This document shows positions 48,417 to 59,519 of a DNA stretch of 64,000 nucleotides, in pieces. Within the stretch, counting starts at the first letter, position 1. Each line of letters starts with the position of its first letter. The notes beneath the pieces were generated by a model. The model did not search any database. It was given only the letters and a program-made list of their open reading frames with translations, and had not been told where the DNA came from. Origin of the DNA: Candidatus Latescibacterota bacterium (GTDB lineage: Bacteria; Latescibacterota; UBA2968; UBA8231); NCBI GenBank assembly GCA_965223905.1, contig CBDCXV010000011.1, positions 32,001-96,000 of the forward strand, written 5' to 3'. Both the position numbers and the translations under genes were made by a program.

Positions 48417-49358
48417 TCAGGCGCGTTCGAACAGCAGGCTGAGGTCGAGGGCGGGAGCCGAGTGGGTGAGGGCCCCGATCGAGACCAGGTCGACCCCGGT
48501 CAGGGCGATTTCGCGGACGTTGTGAAGACCGATGCCCCCGGTCGCCTCGATCTCGATCGGCGGGTCGAGCGGGCGGATCAGCGCCACCGCCTCCCGGATG
48601 ACCTGAGTGGGCATGTTGTCGAGAAGAATCCGGTCGGGCCGCAGGGAGCGCTCCAGGGCGGTGAGCTCGCCCACCTCGTCGAGGTTTCGCGCCTCCACCA
48701 TGACGCGCGGGGGAGCGTCCCCCTCCGCCCCCGCCTGTGCCGCCCCTTCCCGGGCCAGCCGCACCGCCGCGGCGCATCCCCCGGCCGCGGCGGCGTGGTT
48801 CTCCTTTATCAGGACGGCGTCGTAGAGGCCGCGGCGATGGCTGACCCCGCCGCCGCAGCGGACCGCGTACTTCTCCAGCTGCCTAAGGCCCGGTGTGGTC
48901 TTGCGGGTATCGGTGACGTGCACCCCGGTGCCGGCGATTTCTGTGACGAAGCCGCGGGTCAGGGTGGCGGTTCCCGAGAGGCGCTGAAGCAGGTTGAGGG
49001 CGGTCCGTTCCCCGACCAGCAGGGAACGCGCCGGCCCCGACATCTCGGCGACGGTTCCGCCGGAATCCATGATGCTGCCTTCCGCCGCGAGGCGGCCGAA
49101 CTGCACCGAGCCGTCGAGACGGCGGAAGACGGCGCAGGCGACCGGAAGGCCGGCGATCACCCCGCGCTGCCGGGCGACGATGCGTGCCCGCGCTTTCGCC
49201 TGCGGGGCGACCGTCCAGGCGGTGGTCAGGTCCCTTGCCGGGGAAGGTTCAGGGGAGCCGAGGTCCTCGGCGAGGGCCGATTCGACCACGGCGTCGATGG
49301 CGGCCGCGTCCGGCAGGCCGGTGTCGTCGAGGCCGGTGAATTGGGGAAGGGGGCTCAT
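48417..49358 (-). CDS. nadC: Nicotinate-nucleotide pyrophosphorylase (quinolinate phosphoribosyltransferase)
   Basis: ERTALNLLQRLSG, DTRKTTPGLR, LIKENH, ILLDN, EATGGI, SIGALTHS. Confidence 0.95.
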   Translation of the reverse strand: MSPLPQFTGLDDTGLPDAAAIDAVVESALAEDLGSPEPSPARDLTTAWTVAPQAKARARIVARQRGVIAGLPVACAVFRRLDGSVQFGRLAAEGSIMDSGGTVAEMSGPARSLLVGERTALNLLQRLSGTATLTRGFVTEIAGTGVHVTDTRKTTPGLRQLEKYAVRCGGGVSHRRGLYDAVLIKENHAAAAGGCAAAVRLAREGAAQAGAEGDAPPRVMVEARNLDEVGELTALERSLRPDRILLDNMPTQVIREAVALIRPLDPPIEIEATGGIGLHNVREIALTGVDLVSIGALTHSAPALDLSLLFERA

Positions 49359-49609
49359 GCGGTTGCTCCGCCACCCGCGGTTGTTCGCTCGCCGCGGGTG
49401 GCAAAATCCAAACGGTGATCCATTGCGGGAAGTATATACCTGAGTAAACGCGCCAGCATCCCGTACAATATCAAGCGACTATTCCCCTACCGACCAATAG
49501 AAACCATACGCCCCGAAATGCCGCCCAAAGAGAAGCCGCCGGGGTATCGGCCTGGAGCTCTTGAGCGGCAACTCAGCCGGCACCCTTTCCGCAACCAGGG
49601 AACAGCAGC

Positions 49610-51443
49610 ATGACCGTCACCATCAAAGCGCAAGAGCCCGCGCCCACCCCCCCGCACTGGGGCGTCCTTCAACGCCGGCTGTCGACGCCATCGAAGAGGC
49701 CGCGCCCAGGGTGTTGGAGAGATACACGAAGCCGGACGGCAACCTGCTTTGGCCTCCCTCTCCCGATTTCCAAAGCATCGACGCCCTAGACGACTCTACG
49801 AGAGCTTCCACAACTGGCCGCTCTTCTACCTTCTGGGCGGCAGCGACCGCTTCCTCGCCGACGCCCAGCGGGAGTTCGAGCTCATCACCGAGGCGATGAG
49901 CCGCCACGGCACCGGACACGGCTACCCCATGGTGGTCAAGGAGTACCAGCCGGGGTACGACTGGTTCCACCAGGGGGAGGGGAACTACCTCTTCTACATG
50001 CTCTGCGCCGCGGACCCGGGCCACGCCGCCAACCTCGAGCGAGCCCGGCGCTTCGCCGGGCTGTTCCTCGGCGAAGATCCCGAGGCTCCCAACTACGACC
50101 AGGAAAAGCGAATCATCCGCTGCGCGCGGAACGGCAGCATGGGGCCGGCCTTCTGGACCTTCGAAGACAGCCCGTACTGGCCCTATCCCGGTTACAACCT
50201 GCCTTTCTACGATGTGCCGGGCTGCACCAGCCATGAGGCGGTGGGCGCCGATCCGGCGCTCCCGGAGCGGCTCGGCCGGGCGATGCGGGAGCGCCAGGGC
50301 CGGGGGGATTCCGTAGTGAACCTCCTGGCGACCTGCCTGGCCGCCAACGCCTTCCTGCTGACGGGGGAGGAGAAGTACCGCGAGTGGGTCCTCGAGTACA
50401 CCGGGGCCTGGATCGAGCGCACCGGGGCGAACGACGGCATCGTCCCCGACAACGTCGGCCTCTCCGGCGAGGTCGGCGAGCACATCGACGGCAAGTGGTA
50501 CGGAGCGAGCTACGGCTGGGCCTGGCCCCACGGGTGGCACAGCGTCGGGCAGGCGGTGGGAGTCGCGGCCCAGAACGCCGCCCTGCTTACGGGAGACCTC
50601 GGGTACATGGATTTCCCCAGGTCGCAGATCGACCACCTGATCGCGCGCGGCATCGAGCGGGACGACCAGCTCTACGTGCCGCACAAGTACGACGACCCCG
50701 GCAGGGTCAGGTACGAACCGGGGGTGTGGATGCAATACCCGATCCGGAACGAGGACGGCACCGCCCTGCAGCGGGACGGCTGGTTCGAGTTCATGCCGAT
50801 GTTCCCGTCCGACCTCGCCCACCTCTGGTGCATGTCGATGAGCCCGGGGGGATTCAGCGCGCTTCGAGCAGACCCGCAAGAGGAGCGGCGACCGGTTCGC
50901 CGTCAACTCCTGGCACCACACCAAGGACCAGGGGGGCACGACTGGGGGTGGCTGGCCTGGCTGCACGGGGATTTCGACCAGTATCCCGAGCGGATTCTCG
51001 AACACAACCTCTCCCAGGTGCGGGCGCGCCTCGATTTCATGGAGCAGGACGAGGAGGACACGGCCGGGTACTCGGACGCCTATTTCCAGCGCCGCAACCC
51101 GGTCACCTGCGAGGGCCTGCTGGTGTCGCGGCTGCGCCACTTCGACGCGCAGCGCCGGCGCCCGGGCCTGCCCCCCGACGTGGCCGCGCTCGTGTCCGCA
51201 ATGACCGCGGAAAGGACCGACCTGACCCTGGTGAACCTCGGACCGGAGCACCGGCAGGTGCTGATCCAGGCAGGGGGCATGGGAGAGCACGAGTTCACCG
51301 AAGCCGGGGCCGACGGGGACCGCCAGCTGACCGCGGTGAACGGGGCGGCCGTCGAGATCGGCCTGCCTCCAGGCACGCGCATCCGCCTCGAGCTGGGGAT
51401 GAGGCGCTTCGTCAACCGGCCGACCCTGGCATTTCCCTGGTGA
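49610..51443 (+). pseudogene. Conserved hypothetical protein (possibly alpha/alpha-toroid enzyme) with several frameshifts
   Basis: ATG at 49610; plausible coding pieces (SIDALDD / YESFHNWPLFY, DWFHQGEG, IVPDNVG, RPGLPPDVAALV) switch frame near 49680, 49795 and 50850-50930. Confidence 0.55.
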
Positions 51444-51471
51444 GGCTCGGGGGAGCCCCCCGGGGATTCCG

Positions 51472-53634
51472 TCAAAAGATCCCGTGTCCGACTGCGCCGG
51501 CGAAGTAGTCGACGACGAGCCAGAGGCCCATGGCGAGCATCTGGCCGGCGATCATCCCGAGGAAGAGACCCCGGCTGCGGCGGTACCCGGAGGCGCCTCC
51601 GAATCTGAGGACGAGGACCTTGACGGCCCAGGCGAGGAAGACGCTGGTGACCACCACATTCATCAGGTTGGTCGCCGCTACCGGAAAGCCGACAGGATGC
51701 AGGGGCCACCAGGAGAGGCGCTGCCGCGCCCACATCATCAGGGCCATGGCGCCGCCGCCGCCCAAGAGGAAGCCCATGCCGGGCCAGTAGATCCCCGCCG
51801 GCTCGAGGTTCCTCGCCGCGTGGTCGTAGGCCACCGCCGGTCCGACCTTGAAGAACCACCCGTCGAGATTGACGCCCCCGTGGCGGTAGGCCATGTGGAA
51901 GGTCATCCAGGAGGAGCCCAGGGCCCCGATCAGCAGGGCGAGGAGGAGGGCCCGCGAGACCAGCCGGCGGCCGGAAGAATCCATCTCCTCGATCAGCTTC
52001 AGGGCGTTGGTGCAGGTCGCCATGGCGAAGGCGCGCACCTCCGAGCCCCAGATGTAGGCCAGGGAGAGGTTGAACACCCCTGTGGGGCCGACGAGGGTCG
52101 ACCCTAGCCCCATGACGACGAAGTCCGGGGCGTTGACCGGGGCCCGCAGGGTCGCGAGCCCGGCCACGGCAATGATCCGCGAAACGCCGGTGAAGATCAG
52201 CAGGGCGGTGACGACGAAGACCAGGGAGACCCAGAACGGCGTCCCCATTATCGACAGCCACGCGGTCATGACCGCGGCTCCGCCGAGGGTCCCGGCCACG
52301 GCGCCGCGGTACGGGAGGATCTCGTCGCTGTCGTCGACGTGGGGGGCCCGGCCCAGGGCCTTGAGCCAGACATCCTTCAGGTGATCGCGGCCCGTCCACA
52401 GCCCCGCCAGCACCAGCACGAGCAGGGCTCCGAGGCCCTGGTACCCGATCAGGGGGGAGTCGCTCACCCCGTGGAAGTGCACCTGGTCGGACTTGATGCC
52501 CCAGAGCTTGAGCGCCGCCTTCTCGAACTTGGCGAGCAGGAAGAACACCCAGACCCCGGCCGATATCCTCGTGTCGATCAGGTAGGAGAACCCGACCAGG
52601 GCGTAGTTGACGTGGCCGCCCATGAACGGCAGGGGTACCGAGAGGGCCGGCAGGGTGATCGAGGGGAAGTAGTGGGACAGCCCCCTGAAGCCGCCGGCGA
52701 TGAAGGGGACGGCCATGCCGATCAGCACCAAGGGCTGCCGGAAGAAGCCGTTGACGAGGCTTCCGGCCTCCTCGCCGCGGATCATCGCCAGACCTGCCTG
52801 GGCGATGGGATAGGCCAGCCGCTCCCGCTCCATCCACTGGCGCCGCAGGATCACCGCCATCGAGATCGTGCAGACGTAGAGGGCGAGCAGGAACACCGCC
52901 CACCAGGCCAGCGGCTCGGCCCAGGCGCCGTAGGGGATCTCCTGCCCGGGTTCGGAGATGCCCTCGAAGAAAGCGGCGTTTCCGGCCCCGTCGTCGACGA
53001 GGACGTTCCGCTCGGGGAAGAGGGGGAAAAGCTTCTCCCTCCACTGGTTCTCGGGGGAGGCGTAGTAGAAGATGGCGGTCAGGGTGGGCAGGAACTGCTC
53101 GATCAGGCCCATGGTGCAGATGGCCGAGACCATCGCCAGCATGGCGTAGACCATGATCAGCTCCCCCCGGTTGAGGGCGAGGCTGCGGCCGGCCCAGGCC
53201 ATGGGCAGGTTCGCCAGGGCGCAGACCAGCAGGAAGGTGGAAAAGATCAGCCCGGGGGAAAGGGGATCGAGGCGCGTCAGCGGCCAGTAGACGAGGAACC
53301 AGGCCGCGGCCGCGAACAGGGCGAAAACCAGCGCTGTTCCCCTGCCGCGCGCGGCGAGCTTGAAGAGGAAGTTGAGCAGCCCGATCAGCAGAAGAAAGAG
53401 GAAGATGGCGCCCGGTGTGCTGATGTCGGCTGCGAGGTAGGCCCCCTTGATGATCATGTTGCCGTAGGGCGCCCCGATCGCCAGGAAAAAGCTGAGGAAG
53501 CTCCCGACCCAGAATCCCCGCCAGGTGAGGTGCTGCCGGGACTGAACCGGCTCGAACCGCGATTCCAGATGCTCGCGGTGGGGGGCTGCTATCTGCTTTC
53601 TCATCAGTTTCGGGCGGACTTGCGCCGTTGGCAA
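51472..53634 (-). CDS. DUF6785/DUF6784 multi-pass membrane protein (OPT-like putative transporter); alternative ATG at 53604
   Basis: LRRQWMERERLAYP and WWPLHPVGF motifs; many TM segments. Confidence 0.75.
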   Translation of the reverse strand: MPTAQVRPKLMRKQIAAPHREHLESRFEPVQSRQHLTWRGFWVGSFLSFFLAIGAPYGNMIIKGAYLAADISTPGAIFLFLLLIGLLNFLFKLAARGRGTALVFALFAAAAWFLVYWPLTRLDPLSPGLIFSTFLLVCALANLPMAWAGRSLALNRGELIMVYAMLAMVSAICTMGLIEQFLPTLTAIFYYASPENQWREKLFPLFPERNVLVDDGAGNAAFFEGISEPGQEIPYGAWAEPLAWWAVFLLALYVCTISMAVILRRQWMERERLAYPIAQAGLAMIRGEEAGSLVNGFFRQPLVLIGMAVPFIAGGFRGLSHYFPSITLPALSVPLPFMGGHVNYALVGFSYLIDTRISAGVWVFFLLAKFEKAALKLWGIKSDQVHFHGVSDSPLIGYQGLGALLVLVLAGLWTGRDHLKDVWLKALGRAPHVDDSDEILPYRGAVAGTLGGAAVMTAWLSIMGTPFWVSLVFVVTALLIFTGVSRIIAVAGLATLRAPVNAPDFVVMGLGSTLVGPTGVFNLSLAYIWGSEVRAFAMATCTNALKLIEEMDSSGRRLVSRALLLALLIGALGSSWMTFHMAYRHGGVNLDGWFFKVGPAVAYDHAARNLEPAGIYWPGMGFLLGGGGAMALMMWARQRLSWWPLHPVGFPVAATNLMNVVVTSVFLAWAVKVLVLRFGGASGYRRSRGLFLGMIAGQMLAMGLWLVVDYFAGAVGHGIF

Positions 53635-53795
53635 AAAACCGTGTTCCTCTAGGAGGAAAGCCCCAGCCTTGGTGGCTTGCCCGGACCTCGGGTGCCGTGG
53701 ACCGGCTGGTTTTTGGAAGACCGGGCGTACGGCTTGAACACGGTGACTATGTAGTGTAGTAGCCGCGGAGGTTCCGAAATAGAGACCATGCAGAT

Positions 53796-54077
53796 ATGGT
53801 CAAGAATGGGGAGGTATGTGAATTGAAGCTGTACAAGCTGTCTTATGTTATGCACGATCCTTCGGAGGAAACGGAGGATAAGTTCATGGCCGAGATACCC
53901 GCTCTTCCGGGATGCAGGGCTTGGGGGGATACTCCCGCCGAAACGCTGGAAATACTAAAGAGCGTGGCCGCGGCTTTCATCGAGTCTTATGCGGATGGAG
54001 GAGATGAGATGCCTCCTGAAGTGAGTTCTTCGTTGATCGAATCTGATGACGCCACCGACGTATTGATCGCAATTTGA
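53796..54077 (+). CDS. hicB: HicB-family antitoxin (true start perhaps TTG at 53823)
   Basis: AEIPALPGCRAWGDTPAETLE...GDEMP. Confidence 0.8.
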   Translation: MVKNGEVCELKLYKLSYVMHDPSEETEDKFMAEIPALPGCRAWGDTPAETLEILKSVAAAFIESYADGGDEMPPEVSSSLIESDDATDVLIAI

Positions 54078-54283
54078 ATTATAGAGAACTCACGCGCAAG
54101 TTGCGAAGGCTGGGTTGCGAGCTTGACCGACAAGGCAAAGGCGACCACGAAATCTGGATAAACGTCGATACCCGTTCCAAGACGACAATCCCAAACTGGG
54201 GAAGTCGCGATCTGAAGATTGGTACTATCAGGGCAATTCAGCGAGACCTGGATATATCGGAAGAGGAATTCGAGCGGGCGTAA
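54074..54283 (+). CDS. hicA: HicA-family toxin
   Basis: LRRLGC..RQGKGDHEIW...TIP....DLKIGTIRAI. Confidence 0.85.
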   Translation: MNYRELTRKLRRLGCELDRQGKGDHEIWINVDTRSKTTIPNWGSRDLKIGTIRAIQRDLDISEEEFERA

Positions 54284-54498
54284 TGCAGGCGTAATGTCTT
54301 TGTATTTCTATTCCAGATTTGACATGTGAGGACATGCTGGTTGTACCTGGACTTTTGCAAACTCCACTTTTACTGAAGTTTGAGATGCGCGACAATTCTC
54401 TGCTCTGTTGACCCTATCGTGGCTTGGTCCACTACCAGGAGATGGTCGCCTGACAAGGAACAGGGCCACGGCCCGGCGCCGTAAACCAGGGAACGCCA

Positions 54499-55832
54499 CT
54501 ATCGATCGATTTCGAGGGCTGCCTTGATGCGTCCCCACGTGCGGTCCCGGATAGCGCTGTCCGCTTGATCGCGGCTCAGTAGCATTACGTCAGTGCCGAA
54601 TAGATTGTACCATTTTTCGCCTCCGGCATGCGCGCGGCATAGCGCACGTCGACGCGTTGGGGTTCCTCCGCCTCGGGATTCAGCGGCGTCAGGTAGGTGT
54701 CGACCCTGCCCACCCCCGCCTCTTTCCACGCCGTGGGGGCGCTGTCGGTTTCGCTGTCCATCGGTCGTTCGGCGGGCCGTCCGCGCTTGGGTGCCGGTTC
54801 CCGCAGGGGCACGGTACCTCCGTCCCAACTGACCACCAGGGTGTCGCCCTCGGGAGCCAGCGGCGCCGCTGCTTGCAAGGCCAACTCGAGGTGTTCGGCG
54901 TGGTTCTCGGCATACTGGCCGACCCGGGTCAACAGCTGCTGAATGGCGGTGCGCGAGGGCGGCTCGGGCAGCAATTCACGCAAGCTGTTCTCGACCTCGG
55001 CAGGGACCATGCCGGCGCCCAGAAACGCCGTCAGGCGCTCCAGCTCCGGCACCATGAATCGCTTGACCATGCCGCAGCGCTCGTCCAGAGGCACCCGGCT
55101 CGGTCCGCCGCGATCGCGTTGGTATAGCCGCCGCGCCACCACAACCTTGCCCCACAGGGTCACCCACTCCTTGTCGACCACCTGCTTGAATCGGTACACC
55201 TTCCCCTGGTGTACCACGGTGTCGTCGTCCAATTCACAAGCTTGAACCAAGCGTTGGAAACCGCTTCGACCGATGTCGTCCAAGCACGATCGAAACTCCC
55301 CCAGCATCCGGCGAAAGGCATCCGGTCCTGCTTGCCCGGACTGCAGGCGATGTTCCCACTGCCGGACATTTTCCTGCAGGTTGGTCAGGCGAGCGCTCAA
55401 ATCGTGCGTATCTTCCATCTGGGACCCCTTTCCGGTTTTTGGGCGTAAGTGCATATACCCAAAAGTACAACTCGTACCCGGACTTGGGGTCCCACTCTTG
55501 TTAAAAAGTGCGTAAAGTGGAGGCCTTGAGACCGTAGGTAGTTCTTCCAGTTCTTACCGGGACTACATACAATTGATAGGGATCGTACGAGAAGTCATCC
55601 ATTTCGAAATCGATCGTCTTCAGAGTCGGTTCGCCCAGCAAGTCGGGCCATTCATCGGTGGTGCCGTCTCGCAGATCGATCTGGGCAAGCATGTCGTCGG
55701 TGATCTCCAGGATCGGAACCACCCGGTCCCCTTCATGCGCGATCGCCCAGTGGGAAGGAAAGCGGCGCATGTTATGTCAGCGGTAAGGAGGAGGAACGGC
55801 CTCCTTCCGCCGGATTGATGAGAGACTTCCAT
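54499..55832 (-). pseudogene. Third TWGRIK-family paralogue, disrupted (N-part 55578-55832, C-part 54499-54615, centre replaced by an IS fragment)
   Basis: AHEGDRVVPILEITDDMLAQIDLRDGTTDEWPDLLGEPTL at one end and LLSRDQADSAIRDRTWGRIKAALEIDR at the other. Confidence 0.8.
54612..55418 (-). mobile_element. Truncated ISKra4-like transposase
   Basis: TLWGKVVVARRLY, VPLDERCG, VVSWDG, WKEA; the C-terminal catalytic half is missing. Confidence 0.7.
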
Positions 55833-55978
55833 TTGAAAATCCTTTCGTCCCGAACAACGAAAAAAGCCCGCGACCAAGTTCTTCTTCAGACGGTGAAGGT
55901 AGCTTGCCTGACAGGGACTCGGGCAACGGGCTCTGGGGCCGGTGCCGGCGGTACAGGCCGCGCCGGAAAGCAGGCGGC

Positions 55979-56875
55979 CTATCGATCGAGATCGAGGGCT
56001 GCCTTGATGCGGCCCCAGGTGCGGTCGCCCACAGCGCTGTCGGCCTGATCGCGGCTCAGCAGCATTGCGTCATTGACACCGGGTCCGTATCCCAGCCCAT
56101 ACCTCGCCAAATAGTCGGAACTATCTCGATCCCATACTCCCAGCCCAAATCCAATCACCTCTCCGGCCCTGAGGTCGGACACCACGCTGCTATCCGGTTC
56201 GAGGGCTATCAGCAAATCGAACGGGGTCACGAAGAATTCTATAGTCCAGATTGTAGGCTGTTCTCCAATCACATTACCACCTGCTTCACAATACGGTAGA
56301 TGGATCATCCAGTCTCCAAGGGGTTCGAGACCCGAATGCGTAACCCATGGCAGAATCACGGTGGGACCCTCGGAAACCCACGGGGTCGCATAGTAGCCTT
56401 GAATTTCCAATCGGTGACTCCCCTTCCCTATGAGACTTTCCCTAAGAGGCCCGCTGTGATCCCCGTCGACAACGAATGTTATCCTGTCCCTACGCGAGTT
56501 TGGTCCGAAAGGAGGACCTGTCCCTCCCCAGTACTCGTTATCGACGAAGGCCCCCGCGAAGTAGATGCGATCCAACTCCGCGTGCCAGCCCAACCATATG
56601 GCGAAGTCAAAGTCCGCGGGATCGTACTCAGTGGAGAGATCGCTATCCGTTTTGAAATCGATTGTTTTCAAGGTCGGCGCCCCCAACAAATCGGGCCATT
56701 CATCGGTGGTGCCGTCTCGCAGGTCGATCCGGGCCAGCATGTCTTCGGTGATCTCCAGGATCGGATACACACGTTCGCCTTCATGCGCGGCGACGTAACG
56801 GGGAAGCAGTGCGGCGCAGGCCATGGCGGCGATGAGGAACAGCCCCCTGCCGCCGAATAGATGGGCGATCTTCAC
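55979..56875 (-). CDS. Secreted CBM9/DOMON-like protein with C-terminal TWGRIK motif (paralogue B)
   Basis: GTG at 56875 after AGGAGG; signal peptide; DPADFDFAIWLGWH, VDGDHSG, WTIEFFVTPFDLL; ends DRTWGRIKAALDLDR. Confidence 0.8.
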   Translation of the reverse strand: MKIAHLFGGRGLFLIAAMACAALLPRYVAAHEGERVYPILEITEDMLARIDLRDGTTDEWPDLLGAPTLKTIDFKTDSDLSTEYDPADFDFAIWLGWHAELDRIYFAGAFVDNEYWGGTGPPFGPNSRRDRITFVVDGDHSGPLRESLIGKGSHRLEIQGYYATPWVSEGPTVILPWVTHSGLEPLGDWMIHLPYCEAGGNVIGEQPTIWTIEFFVTPFDLLIALEPDSSVVSDLRAGEVIGFGLGVWDRDSSDYLARYGLGYGPGVNDAMLLSRDQADSAVGDRTWGRIKAALDLDR

Positions 56876-57041
56876 TTTACTCGTCCTCCTTTGTCGTCCT
56901 CTCGCCCCGAGAACCATACGACAAAAGCCCGCGGCCAAGTCCTTCAGGCGGCGAGGGCAACTCGCCTGACAGGGATTCTCGGGCCACGGGCTCTGGGGCC
57001 GACGCCGGCGGTACAGGCCGCGTCGAAAACCAGGGACCGAC

Positions 57042-57950
57042 CTATCGATCGACCTCGAGGGCTGCTTTGATGCGGCCCCAGGTGCGGTCGCGGATGACGC
57101 TGTCGGCCTGATCGCGGCTCAGCAGGATTGCGTCGGTGTCCAAGAGGCTGTACCACTTGATATCCTGCCCGACCTGATCTTTATCGTATACGTCCACATA
57201 AAGTCCAATCACCTCACCCGCTGTGAGGTCGGATACCACGCTTTCATCCGGCTCGAGGGCGACCAGCAAGTCGAACGGGGTCACGAAAAATTCCATACTC
57301 CAAATCGTCGGATTCCCTTCAATCACATTTTCACCTGCTTCACAATACGGAGGATGGATCATCCAGTCTCCAAGGGGTTCGAGATTTTCATCCACATGCG
57401 TAATGTATGGTATAATCACGGTGGGACCCTCCGAAATCCATGGAGTCGCCATATAGAATTGAATTTCCGATCGGTAAGCCGACTCACCATAATCAAAGAA
57501 GTCAGCCGTAATAGGCCCGCTGTGGTCGCCGTCAACCCCTAATGATATTTTGTCCTGGCTTGCATTTGTTCCGTAAGGAGGATGACCTGTCCCCCAGTAC
57601 GCGTTATCGACGAAGGCCCCGGCTAGGTAGATGCGGTCCAGCTCCTCGTGCCAGCCCAGCCAAATTGCGAAATCGAAGTCCGCGGGATCGTACTCCGTGG
57701 AGAAGAACTCACTATCCATTTGGAAATCGATCGTCCTCAGGGTCGGCTCGCCCAGCAAGTCGGGCCATTCATCGGTGGTGCCGTCTCGCAGGTCGATTTG
57801 ACTCAGCATGTCGTCGGTGATCTCCAGGATCGGAACCACCCGGTCCCCTTCATGCGCGGTCGCCATGTGAGGAGGGAGGGAGGCGCATGTGACGGCGGCG
57901 GTGAGGAGGAGGAACGGCCCCCTGGCGCCGAATAGATGGGAGATTTTCAT
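57042..57950 (-). CDS. Secreted CBM9/DOMON-like protein with C-terminal TWGRIK motif (paralogue A)
   Basis: ATG at 57950; same conserved blocks as paralogue B; ends DRTWGRIKAALEVDR. Confidence 0.8.
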   Translation of the reverse strand: MKISHLFGARGPFLLLTAAVTCASLPPHMATAHEGDRVVPILEITDDMLSQIDLRDGTTDEWPDLLGEPTLRTIDFQMDSEFFSTEYDPADFDFAIWLGWHEELDRIYLAGAFVDNAYWGTGHPPYGTNASQDKISLGVDGDHSGPITADFFDYGESAYRSEIQFYMATPWISEGPTVIIPYITHVDENLEPLGDWMIHPPYCEAGENVIEGNPTIWSMEFFVTPFDLLVALEPDESVVSDLTAGEVIGLYVDVYDKDQVGQDIKWYSLLDTDAILLSRDQADSVIRDRTWGRIKAALEVDR

Positions 57951-57971
57951 GCGAGTCTGTCCTTTTCTTTT

Positions 57972-59519
57972 CCCTCTGGTTGCATAAAAACAGGACATTT
58001 TTCATCTCTGAACTGCCACACTTCACTTGCGGCGCCTCTGAAAATGGGGTATTGATGATGTCGACCAAGACATTTATCGACCCCTTCCAGGAGGACACCG
58101 CAAGTGAAGTGTAGCAAACAAGCCATTTTAGCCCGTTTTCACAAGCTCCCGCGTCTTCGCTTCGAGGATCAACAGCTTACCTCCTTTGCAGGAACGATTG
58201 TTTTTCAACTCCTCTTCCAGCGCCTGGATCTCAAGGCTCGACTGAAGCCATGCTTCCCCGCCAATAGCTCAGCGATCTTTGGTCCCCATCTCATTGTAAT
58301 GTGGCTCATCTTGCATCTGCTGCTGGGCTTCCGGCGGCTGCGAGACGTCGATTATTACCGGGACGATCCCGTGGTCTTGCGCTTGTTGGGCGTACGTCGC
58401 CTGCCGGATGTGGCCACCGTCAGTCGCACGCTGGCGAAAATGGGCCATTCCAGTGTCGAAAAAGTGCGCCACCTGTCTTCGACCTTGGTGGTGCAAGCGC
58501 TCCAGCGCGAACGCTGTCCTCGCCTGACCCTCGACTTCGACGGCTCGGTGTCCTCCACTTGTGGTCATGCTGAAGGTACCGCGGTCGGCTACAATCCCAA
58601 GAAAAAAGGGGCGCGCAGCTACTACAACCTGTTTTGCACGGTGGCCCAAACCGGTCAATTCTTCGATGTCCTTCACCGGCCCGGCAACGTCCATGACAGC
58701 AAGGACGCTCATGAATTCATGATGAACGTTTTCGATCGCGTGGGCGACGAACTGGCGCACCCCGTGCTCGAGTCCCGACTGGACAGCGCCTTCTTCAGCC
58801 AACACACGCTTACCCTCATGGACCTGTATGGCGTCGAATGCACGATCAGTGTCCCTTTCGAACGCTTTGCGCTACTCAAGGACAAAATCGAGGCGCGCCA
58901 GCGCTGGTGCTATCTCGATGAGCAATGCTCCTATTTCGAGAGTGACTGGAAACCCAAAAGCTGGCCGGCCTCGTACCGGTTTCTCTTCGTGCGCCGTAGG
59001 GTACGGCGCACGACCAAGGAAGCGCTGCAACTGGATCTGTTCGAACCCCGAGCATTCGATCACGAGTACCGCGTTGTGGTTACCAACAAGCCGAGCCTCG
59101 GCACGTAGCGTGCTCCTCTTCCACTATGGCCGCGGCGCTCAGGAAGGGATCTTCGCCGAGGCCAAGCAACATGCCGGGCTGGATCTGATCCCCACCCGAC
59201 GGCTGCTCGGAAACCAGATGGTTACTTTGGGTGCGATGATGGCCCACAACCTGGGGCGCGAAATGCAGATGCTGGCGCAGGCGCGATCCAACTATTCGCG
59301 TGGCAAACGTCCGGCGGCGTGGACCTTCCAGACCCTGGGCACCTTGCGTCAGCGCTTCCTGCATCGCGCCGGGCGTCTCACTCAGCCCAAGGGAGAGTTG
59401 ACCCTGACCATGAACTCGAATCCAAAAATCGAAAAGGATCTGTTGCATTTTCTCGATACACTGAAGGATGCGGCCTGACCACAACCACCTCCTTCAAGCT
59501 GATTTATGCAACGTTAGGG
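57972..59519 (+). mobile_element. IS1380-family element; transposase 58104-59478 frameshifted near 59100
   Basis: IRs CCCTCTGGTTGCATAAA / CCCTAACGTTGCATAAA; LTLDFDGS, HRPGNVHDS, RLDSAF, YGRGAQEGIFAEAK. Confidence 0.88.
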
